Origin: Eledone cirrhosa
Lineage: Eukaryota
Length of the DNA: 64,000 nucleotides
NCBI GenBank assembly: GCA_964016885.1
Contig: OZ024740.1
Coordinates: 34,472,001 to 34,536,000 of the forward strand
Reading direction: 5' to 3'
The notes under the pieces were generated by a model. The model ran no database searches, was not told where the DNA came from, and saw nothing but the letters and a program-made list of their open reading frames with translations. The translations under genes and the position numbers were made by a program. Of the stretch, positions 55,801 to 64,000 are shown one piece after another (position 1 is the first letter of the stretch; each line of letters starts with the position of its first letter).

Positions 55801-58800
55801 GACGAGAGTTAAATGTAAGATATTGTGGTTTAACAGGCGACAGTTAGATGTAAGGTGTAGTGGTTTAACAGGCGACAGTTAGATGTGAGGTGTAGTGGTT
55901 TAACAGGTGACAGTTAGATGTAAGGTGTTGTGGTTTAACAGACGACAGTTACATGTAAGGTGTAGTGGTTTAACAGACGGCAGTTACGTGTAAGGTGTAG
56001 TGGTTTAACAGACGGCAGTTACGTGTAAGGTGTAGTGGTTTAACAGGTGACAGTTAGATGTAAGGTGTAGTGGTTTAACAGGCGACAGTTAGATGTAAGG
56101 TGTTGTGGTTCAACAGACGACAGTTAGATGTAAGGTGTTGTGGTTTAACAGGCGACAGTTAGATGTAAGGTGTTGTGGTTCAACAGACGACAGTTAAATG
56201 TAAGGTAAAGTGGTTTAACAGACGACAGTTAGATGTATGGTGTTGTGGTTCAACAGACGACAGTTAGATGTAAGGTGTTGTGGTTTAACAGGCGACAGTT
56301 AGATATAAGGTGTTGTGGTTGAAAACGTGACAGTTAGATGTAAGGTGTTGTGGTTTAACAGGCGACAGTTAGATGTAAGGTGTTGTGGTTCAACAGACGA
56401 CAGTTAAATGTAAGGTATAGTCGTTTAAAAGACGACAGTTAGATGTAAGGTGTTGTGGTTTAACAGGCGACAGTTAGATGTAAGGTGTTGTGGTTCAACA
56501 GACGAGAGTTAAATGTAAGGTGTTGTGGTTTAGCAGGCGACAGTTAGATGTAGGGTGTTGTGGTTTAACAAACGGCAGTTAGATGTAAAGTGTTGTGATT
56601 TAACAGGTGACAGTTACACGTAAGGTGTTGTGGTTTAACAGGCGACAGTTACATGTAAGGTGTTGTGGTTTAACAGGCGACAGTTAGATGTAAGGTGTTG
56701 TGGTTAATTTGGTGACAGTTAGATGTAACGTGTTGTGGTTTAACAGACGACATTTAGATGTAAGCTGTTGTTGTTTAACAGGCGACAGTTAGATTTAAGG
56801 TGTTGTGGTTTAACAGGCGGCAGTTAGATGTAAGGTGTTGTGGTTTGACAGGTAACAGTTAGTTGTAAGGTGTTGTGGTTTGACAAACGGCAGTTAGATG
56901 TAAGGTGTAGTGGTTTAACAGACGACAGTTAGATGTAAGGTGTAGTGGTTTAACAGGCAACATTTAGATGTAAGCTGCTGTGGTTCAACAGGTGTCACTT
57001 AGATGTAAGGTGTTGTGGTTTAACAGGTGACAGTTACATGTAAGGTGTTGTGGTTCAACAGACGACAGTTAGATGTAAGGTGTAGTGGTTTAACAGGCGA
57101 CAGTTAGATGTGATGAGTTGTGGTTTAACACCTGCCAGTTAGATGTAAGATGTTGTGGTTTAACAGGCGACACTTAGATGTAAGCTGTAGAGGTTTAACA
57201 AGCGACAGTTAAATATAAGCTGTTGTGGTTTAACAGGTGACAGTTAGATGTAAGGTGTTGTGGTTCAACAGACGACAGTTAAATGTAAGGTGTAGTGGTT
57301 TAACAGGCGACAGTTAGACGTAAGGTGTTGTGGTTCAACAGACGACAGTGAAATGTAAGGTGTTGTGGTTTAACAGGCGACAGTTAGATGTAAGGTGTTG
57401 TGGTTCAACAGACGACAGTTAGATATAAGGTGTTGTGGTTTAACAGGGGACAGTTAGATGTAAGGTGTTGTCGTTCAACAGACGACAGTTAAATGTAAGG
57501 TAAAGTGGTTTAACAGACGACAGTTAGATGTAAGGTGTTGTGGTTCAACAGACGACAGTTAGATGTAAGGTGTTGTGGTTTAACAGGCGACAGTTAGATG
57601 TAAGGTGTTGTGATTCAATAGACGAGAGTTATATGTAAGGTGATGTGGCTTAATAGGCGACAGATAGATGTAAGGTGTAGTGGTTTAATAGGTGACAGTT
57701 AGATGTAAATGTGTTGTGGTTCAACAGGCGACAGTTAAATGTAAGTTGTTGTGGTTTAACAGGCGACAGTTAGATGTAAGGTGTTGTGGTTTATCTGGTG
57801 ACAGTTAGATGTAAGGTGTTGTGGTTTAACAGACGACATTTAGATGTAAGCTGTTGTTGTTTAACAGGCGACATATAGATGTAGGGTGTTGTGGTTTAAC
57901 AGGCGACAGTTAGATGTAAGCTGCTGTGGTTTGACAGGTAACAGTTAGTTGTAAGGTGTTGTGGTTTGACAAACGGCAGTTAGATGTAAGGTGTAGTGGT
58001 TTAACAGGCGACAGTTAGATGTAAGGTGTAGTGGTTTATCAGACGACAGTTTGATGTAAGCTGTAGTGGTTTAACAGGCGACAGTTAGATGTAAGCTGCT
58101 GTGGTTCAGTAGGTGTCACTTAGATGTAAGGTGTTGTGGTTTAACAGGTGACAGTTAGACGTAATGTGTTGTGGTTCAACGGACGACAGTAAGATGTAAG
58201 GTGTAATGGTTTAACAGGCGACAGTTAGATGTGATGTGTTGTGGTTTAACACCTGACAGTTAGATGTAAGTTGTTGTGGTTTAACAGGCGACACTTAGAT
58301 GTAAGGTGTAGAGGTTTAACAAGCGACAGTTAAATGTAAGGTGTTGTGGTTTAACAGGTGACACTTAGATGTAAGGTGTTGTGGTTTAACTGGTGACAGT
58401 TAGATGTAAGGTGTTGTGGTTCAACAGACGACAGTTAAATGTAAGGTGTAGTGGTTTAACAGGCGACAGTTAGATGTAAGGTGTTGTGGTTCAACAGACG
58501 ACAGTTAGATGTAAGGTGTTGTGGTTTAACAGGCGACAGTTAGATATAAGGTGTTGTGGTTGAAAACGTGACAGTTAGATGTAAGGTGTTGTGGTTTAAC
58601 AGGCGACAGTTAGATGTAAGGTGTTGTGGTTCAACAGACGACAGTTAAATGTAAGGTATAGTGGTTTAAAAGACGACAGTTAGATGTAAGGTGTTGTGGT
58701 TTAACAGGCGACAGTTAGATGTAAGGTGTTGTGGTTCAACAGACGAGAGTTAAATGTAAGGTGTTGTGGTTTAGCAGGCGACAGTTAGATGTAGGGTGTT

Positions 58801-61402
58801 GTGGTTTAACAGGTGACAGTTACATGTAAGGTGTTGTGGTTTAACAGGCGACAGTTACATGTAAGGTGTTGTTTTTGAACAGGAGACAGTTAGATGTATG
58901 GTGTTGTGGTTTAACAGGCGACAGTTATATGAAAGGTGTTGTGGCTTAATAGGCAACAGTTAGATGTAAGGTGTTGTGGTTTAACAGGCGACATATAGAT
59001 GTAAGGTGTTGTGGTTTAACAGGCGACAGTTAGATGTAAGCTGCTGTGGTTTGACAGGTAACAGTTAGTTGTAAGGTGTTGTGGTTTGACAAACGGCAGT
59101 TAGATGTAAGGTGTAGTGGTTTAACAGGCGACAGTTAGATGTAAGGTGTAGTGGTTTAACAGGCGACAGTTAGATGTAAGGTGTAGTGGTTTAACAGACG
59201 ACAGTTAGATGTAAGGTGTAGTGGTTTAACAGGCGACAGTTAGATGTAAGTTGCTGTGGTTCAATAGGTGTCACATAGATGTAAGGTGTTGTGGTTTAAC
59301 AGGTGACAGTTAGATATAAGTTGTTGTGGTTTAAAACGTGTTAGTTAGATGTTAGGTGTTGTGGTTTAACAGGTGACAGTTAGACGTAATGTGTTGTGGT
59401 TCAACGGACGACAGTAAGATGTAAGGTGTAATGGTTTAACAGGCGACAGTTAGATGTGATGTGTTGTGGTTTAACACCTGACAGTTAGATGTAAGTTGTT
59501 GTGGTTTAACAGGCGACACTTAGATGTAAGGTGTAGAGGTTTAACAAGCGACAGTTAAATGTAAGGTGTTGTGGTTTAACAGGTGACACTTAGATGTAAG
59601 GTGTTGTGGTTTAACTGGTGACAGTTAGATGTAAGGTGTTGTGGTTCAACAAACGACAGTTAAATGTAAGGTGTAGTGGTTTAACAGGCGACAGTTAGAT
59701 GTAAGGTGTTGTGGTTCAACAGACGACAGTTAGATGTAAGGTGTTGTGGTTTAACAGGCGACAGTTAGATGTAAGGTGTAGTGGTTTAAAAGACGACAGT
59801 TAGATGTAAGGTGTTGTGGTTGACAACGTGACAGTTAGATGTAAGGTGTTGTGGTTTAACAGGCGACAGTTAGATGTAAGGTGTTGTGGTTCAACAGATG
59901 ACAGTTAAATGTAAGGTATAGTGGTTTAAAAGACGACAGTTAGATGTAAGGTGTTGTGGTTTAACAGGCGACAGTTAGATGTAAGGTGTTGTGGTTCAAC
60001 AGACGAGAGTTAAATGTAAGGTGTTGTGGTTTCGCAGGCGACAGTTAGATGTAGGGTGTTGTGGTTTAACAAACGGCAGTTAGATGTAAAGTGTTGTGAT
60101 TTAACAGGTGCCAGTTACATGTAAGGTGTTGTGGTTAAACAGGCGACAGTTACATGTCAGGTGTTGTGGTTTAACAGGCGACAGTTAGATGTAAGGTGTT
60201 GAGGTTTAACAGGTGACAGTTAGATGTAAGGTGTTGTGGTTTAACAGGCGACAGTTAGATGTAAGGTGTTGTGGTTTAACAGGCGACAGTTACATGTAAG
60301 GTGTTGTGGTTTAACAGGCGACAGTTAGATGTAAGGTGTTGTGGTTTAACAGGCGACAGTTGATGTAAGGTGTTGTGGTTTAACAGGCCACAGTTACATT
60401 TAAGTTGTTGTGGTTTAACAGACGGCAGTTAGATGTAATGTGTTGTGGTTTCACAGGTGACAGTTGATGTAAGGTGTTGTCGTTCAACAGGTGACACTGA
60501 GATGTAAGGTATTGTGGTTTAAGAGGCGACAGTTAGATGTAAGGTGTTGTGGTTTAACAGACGACAGTTAAGTGTAAGGTGTTGTCGTTCAACAGGTGAC
60601 ACTGAGATGTAAGGTTATGTGGTTTAAGAGGCGACAGTTAGATGTAAGATATTGTGGTTCAACAGACGACAGTTAAATATAAGGTGTTGTCGTTCAACTG
60701 GTGACACTGAGATGTAAGGTGTTGTGGTTTAAGAGGCGACAGTTAGATGTAAGTTGTATTGGTTTAACAGGCGACAGTTAGATGTAAGGTCTAGTGGCTT
60801 AACGGGCGACAGTTAGATGTAGGGTGTTGTGGTTTAACAGGCGAGAGTAAGGTGTAGTGGTTTAACAGGCGACAGTTAGATGTAAGGTGTAGTGGTTTAA
60901 CAGACGACAGTTAGATGTAAGGTGTTGTGGTTTAACAGGCGAGAGTTAGATGTAAGCTGTTGTGGTTTAACAGGCGACAGTTAGCTGTAAAGTGTTGTGG
61001 TTTAACAGACGACAGTTAGATGTAAGGTGTTGTGGTTTAAGAGGCGACAGTTAGATGTAAGGCGACAGTTAGATGTATGGTGTTGTGGTTTAAGAGGCGA
61101 CAGTTAGATGTAAGGGCTAGTGGCTTAACGGGCGACAGTTAGATGTAAGGTGTTGTGGTTTGACAGGTGACAGTTAGATGTAAGGTGTTATGGTTTAACA
61201 GACGGTAGATAGATGTAATATGTTGTGGTTTAATAGACGGCAGTTAGATCTAATAAACTGTTCATACACAGAGACTGTGCATGTTCACGGCGGATAAAAT
61301 CTGTTTTTATTCAGATTTCTTATGAGAATGAGAAGGCAAGACCTTTTTGTAAGAAAGTTGTACTCGATTGAATGTGCCAGCCATGATATGATACAGACCT
61401 CT

Positions 61403-61675
61403 GTGTGTGTGCATGTGCGTCCGAGTGTGTGCGTGCGCGCGCGCGTGCGCGCGTCTGTGTGTGTGTCTGTGTGTGTAAGTCTGTGGGTGGTTTTTGTGAT
61501 GGTGATAACGGTGGTGGTGTGTGCGTATGTGTGTATGCGTGATTTGTGTGTGTCTGTAAGTATTTATGTATGTGTATTCGTGGTGTGTGTATGTGTGTGT
61601 GGTGTATATGGTGTATGTATCTACGGTTGTATGCATGTATGTATGTATATATGTATGTAATGTATGTGTGTGTGT
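61403..61675. repeat. Compound (TG)n/(CG)n/(TGG)n/(TGTA)n microsatellite
   Basis: Degenerate TG, GC, GGT and TATG runs read directly from the sequence. Confidence 0.95.
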
Positions 61676-61869
61676 CGGGTCGCTCTTGAGTGCTATTGGT
61701 AACATGTAACCCAGTACAATCTGTCGAATGTTTGGGTCGTCGGCAACTAAACCTGCAACCCCACCAAGTTTACTTGGCGGGGAGGATGATTTTGGACACC
61801 CTGTATGGCAAAAAATAAAACCTGACAAAGGGCGGAAGAACTCATAAGAGTCAACGGCCAGCCAAAAAT
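61676..61869 (+). mobile_element. 5' portion of an interspersed repeat (RTE-like non-autonomous element, copy 1, part A)
   Basis: 61714-61869 aligns by eye to 62819-62973. Shared blocks include GGGTCGT, ACTAAAC, GCAACCCCACCAAG, TTTGGACA, AAAACCTG, CAAAGGGC and TAAGAGTCAA. Family assignment is inferred from the linked 3' end of copy 2. Confidence 0.7.
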
Positions 61870-61904
61870 GTGTAAATATGTATATATGTATATACATGTA
61901 TGAA

Positions 61905-61948
<44 letters not shown>

Positions 61949-62006
61949 AATATGAATATATATATATATGTATATATATAAATATGAATATATATATATA
62001 TATATA
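61870..62006. repeat. Imperfect (TA)n microsatellite
   Basis: TA runs with interruptions; includes a 32-nt-period duplication of AAATATGAATATA at 61948 and 61980. Confidence 0.95.
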
Positions 62007-62272
62007 CTCTCCGAGGAAAACTTCAACCGATAAGGTATGTTCCTTGGCTATGTCAAAATTTATAAAATGCACTTTGTATTTTATCTGATGAAAGCGTACC
62101 AATGTTTTTGGTACCCTTGAAATATATAATAGAATAAATATGGTTTTATAAATATAGTTTCCATTTATTTAATATCATTGAATATTATATACCAGAAAAA
62201 CTGTCGAGTGCTCTGAATCAGTTATAAACATTTATATTTGTTGAATTACCAACAAATTGAATATCCCTTCTG

Positions 62273-62274
<2 letters not shown>
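62007..62274 (+). mobile_element. ~270-bp hammerhead-bearing unit (Penelope-like terminal fragment or retrozyme-like monomer) between (TA)n tracts
   Basis: A non-microsatellite island bounded on both sides by (TA)n and containing a minimal type I hammerhead motif. Element class is inferred from the known association of such motifs with Penelope-like elements and non-LTR retrozymes. Confidence 0.5.
62058..62153 (+). ncRNA. Minimal type I hammerhead ribozyme motif
   Basis: Stem I TATTTTAT (62077-84) pairs with ATAGAATA (62129-36; 8 bp, one G-U). Core CTGATGA at 62085-91. Stem II AAG-C-GTACCAA / TTGGTAC-C-CTT (62092-62118; 10 bp, one C-C mismatch, 5-nt loop). GAAA at 62119-22, palindromic TATA, then UH = TA at 62127-28. 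Distal helix ATTTATAAAA (62058-67) pairs with TTTTATAAAT (62144-53). Confidence 0.8.
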
Positions 62275-62362
<88 letters not shown>

Positions 62363-62384
62363 CATATATACATGTGTATGTATA
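62275..62384. repeat. (TA)~40 perfect microsatellite with degenerate tail
   Basis: Pure TA run at 62275-62355, then TA/TG/CA mixture. Confidence 0.97.
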
Positions 62385-62432
62385 AACGCGCGGACATAGA
62401 AATAGTCGGGCTGGATACCCGATCGCGCGGTT

Positions 62433-62736
62433 AAACCACTGGGAGTGAAGGACCCCTAACCTTTGTCAGGGCATTCTTCTAGGAGAAGGCAACTCAGGAA
62501 ACTGGGATAACTCTGACAAAAAACTTTGCGGCTGAGTAGTTACCGATGATGTTGACCTTTTCTTCTTTTCGGGTTATAGCTACTGTCGCTCAGAGAGTGG
62601 GATTGGCTCAGTGCACAGTCTTTCCTCACTTAAAAGAAATCTTTAGGCACAGGCATTGCGCGATAGCATTAATTGATAATTATTGATAATGTTATATCGT
62701 GCAATGGCCATACTCGATAACGAGGGGGCAGCCATC

Positions 62737-62769
<33 letters not shown>

Positions 62770-62820
62770 TGTATGTATGTATGTATGTATGTATGTATGT
62801 ATGTATGTATGTATGTATGT
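62433..62820 (+). mobile_element. RTE-like non-autonomous element copy 1, part B, with 3' stem-loop module and (ATGT)20 tail
   Basis: 62433-62659 aligns to 62970-63176 (GACCCCT, CCTTTGTCA, GAGAAGG, GATGTTGAC, TTCTTCTTTT, AGAGAGTG, CTCACT, ACAGGCATTGC). It is followed by the tail module at 62698-62736 and (ATGT)20 at 62741-62820. Confidence 0.65.
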
Positions 62821-63438
62821 ACAACCTGTCTCATGGTCGGGTCGTTGGCGACTAAACTGGCAACCCCACCAAGGTTTCTTGATGAGGAGGGTGACTTTGG
62901 ACATCCTGCAGGACTAAAAACAAAACCTGTCAAAGGGCAAAGGGGCTCTTAAGAGTCAATGGCCATCCAAAATCACCGGGAGAGATGACCCCTTAGCCTT
63001 TGTCAAGGCAGAATTCTAAGAGAAGGAAAACTCTGATATAACACCTGCAACTCTGATGGTATCCAATGATGTTGACTTGTTCTTCTTTTTGGTAAATATC
63101 ATCTTGGTTAAGAGAGTGAGACTGGCTTTGTGCAGAGTCTTTGCTCACTATAAAAGCTTCACGGTACAGGCATTGCTTTATATCTGGAGATCTATCTGCA
63201 CTTGTCGTCACATGGTACCATGATCCCAGCACTATGTGTCAATAATTGTTACAAGTGTAGTGTTTGTACTAGAGTTTTCAAGTCGCTGGCTGGACTAAAA
63301 AGTCACACTCGTTCAGCGCATCGGTAGGGGTTCTCCTACATGGATATAAAGTAGTGGCCATACTTGAAAACGAGTTAGCAGCCACCATGTATGTATGTAT
63401 GTATGTATGTATGTATGTATGTATGTATGTATGTATGT
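62819..63438 (+). mobile_element. Internally deleted (bipartite) RTE-like non-LTR retroelement, copy 2: 5' segment, ORF C-terminal zinc-finger remnant, 3' stem-loop, (ATGT)13 tail
   Basis: The 5' ~360 bp is homologous to copy 1. 63250-63327 translates to YKCSVCTRVFKSLAGLKSHTRSAHR*. A short 3' UTR with GTGGC...GCCAC stem follows, then the (ATGT)13 tail at 63387-63438. A terminal C2H2 finger with short UTR and microsatellite tail is typical of RTE-clade LINEs. Confidence 0.7.
63250..63327 (+). pseudogene. Single C2H2 zinc-finger coding remnant (C-x2-C-x12-H-x4-H), probable LINE ORF C-terminus
   Basis: Manual translation in the frame of 63241 gives Y-K-C-S-V-C-T-R-V-F-K-S-L-A-G-L-K-S-H-T-R-S-A-H-R-stop. 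The frame is open only from 63154 and is absent from the ORF track. Confidence 0.7.
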
Positions 63439-63440
63439 CG

Positions 63441-63483
63441 TTATTATTATTATTGTTATTATTATTATTGTTATTATTATTAT
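63441..63483. repeat. (TTA)n microsatellite
   Basis: TTA repeats with two TTG interruptions. Confidence 0.95.
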
Positions 63484-63491
63484 GATTTTTT

Positions 63492-63569
63492 CGTGCAATG
63501 GCCATACTCGATAACAAGAGGGCAGCCATCATGTATGTATGTGTGTATGTATCTATGTATGTATGTGTG
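63492..63569 (+). mobile_element. Isolated 3' tail module of the same retroelement family with degenerate (ATGT)n
   Basis: CGTGCAATGGCCATACTCGATAACAAGAGGGCAGCCATC matches 62698-62736 at 37 of 39 positions and is followed by ATGT-like repeats. Confidence 0.7.
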
Positions 63570-63678
63570 CGTTTAAGTAAATCTTTGGTGTGTTTGAACC
63601 ACATCATAATCTTATTTATTGTGACAAATCTTCAATGATTATGCCTGATTAATTTTCATAAAACCTTCACTGTTGTAG

Positions 63679-63804
63679 GTTTTGTCCAGCATAAGCTTCT
63701 TTGCAGAACCTGGTAAAATAGTTGCTTTGGTAGGATCCAGTGGTTGTGGTAAAAGCACAATAATAAAATTACTTCTACGACTTTACGATATAGAGAGTGG
63801 AAAG
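63679..63804 (+). CDS. Internal coding exon (126 bp, phase 0-0) of an ABC transporter, ABCB/P-glycoprotein (MDR)-like nucleotide-binding domain with Walker A
   Basis: Acceptor TGTTGTAG| ends at 63678 and donor AAG|GTGAGC starts at 63805. Translation is [42 protein letters not shown], with Walker [10 protein letters not shown] and the ABCB-typical ...RLYD...G. The ORF-track entry 63682..63864 reads through the donor into the intron. Confidence 0.92.
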
Positions 63805-63977
63805 GTGAGCTATTGTTTTATATTTTTTGCCGATATATTTGTAAAAGAAATAATCCATTTTTGAATATATTTGAGGACAAGCATCAAAGAAGAAGCTACT
63901 TGGAAATTTAAAGACGAATAAATATATTTACAAATATTATGTTATCTTATATCATAACCAATCCCATAATAATTGTA

Positions 63978-64000
63978 CTGTATGTATGTATGTATGTATG
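63978..64000. repeat. (TGTA)n microsatellite running off the right edge
   Basis: Read directly from the sequence. Confidence 0.9.

Larger units (their letters stand above)
1..61249. repeat. 35-bp tandem satellite array, ~1,750 monomers, one orientation, continues beyond the left edge
   Basis: TTAGATGTAAGGTGTTGTGGTTTAACAGGCGACAG recurs every 35 nt from base 1 to the last partial unit (...GGCAGTTAGAT at 61249). Only substitutions and small indels were seen, with no spacers or unique inserts. Consensus composition is 12 G, 11 T, 9 A, 3 C. Confidence 0.99.

Noticed and set aside
1-61249. CRISPR array (35-bp repeat length is CRISPR-like)
   Set aside because: Monomers abut directly with no unique spacers, there are no cas genes, and the context is eukaryotic with a spliceosomal exon.
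1-61249. Telomeric repeat or G-quadruplex array (G/T-rich strand, TTAG motif)
   Set aside because: There are no TTAGGG/TTAGG runs and the consensus has only GG doublets. Heterogeneous 35-mers with kb-scale duplications fit recombinational satellite evolution rather than telomerase addition.
61425-61455. Z-DNA-prone alternating (GC/GT) tract
   Set aside because: An ordinary component of a compound microsatellite with no evidence of function.
61700-61765. HDV-like ribozyme in the 5' part of the RTE-like element (CTAA after a small hairpin; CCAGT could pair with the ACTGG seen in copy 2)
   Set aside because: Some RTE elements do carry HDV-like ribozymes, but I could not build P1, P3 and P1.1 convincingly in either copy. 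A descriptor search on the family consensus would be needed.
61307-63607. ORFs of 61-239 aa rich in YI, HT, CMYV and N/I runs
   Set aside because: These are translations of (TA)n, (TG)n, (ATGT)n and (TTA)n microsatellites with no domain signal.
63805-63864. C-terminal extension [19 protein letters not shown] of the ABC ORF
   Set aside because: It lies after a strong GTGAGC donor, so it is intronic read-through.
61250-64000. Species assignment (microsatellite density and repeat style suggest a cephalopod such as octopus)
   Set aside because: An impression from memory only; it cannot be established without a database search.

Overview
Eukaryotic (animal-type) genomic DNA. About 96% of the window (1..~61249, open at the left edge) is one head-to-tail 35-bp satellite array of about 1,750 monomers, consensus TTAGATGTAAGGTGT(T/A)GTGGTTTAACAG(G/A)CGACAG. 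It has nested multi-kb higher-order duplications and a more diverged right edge. The last ~2.75 kb is microsatellite-rich and holds: (i) a ~270-bp unit between (TA)n tracts carrying a well-formed minimal type I hammerhead ribozyme motif of the Penelope/retrozyme kind; (ii) tandem, internally deleted RTE-like non-LTR retroelement copies with a shared 5' part, a C2H2 zinc-finger ORF remnant, a 3' stem-loop and an (ATGT)n tail; (iii) one 126-bp internal coding exon with the Walker A motif of an ABCB/P-glycoprotein-like ABC transporter on the + strand. No upstream exon is recognisable, so the satellite may lie in a giant intron of that gene. All other ORFs in the supplied track are repeat artefacts. 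All alignments and folds were done by eye.
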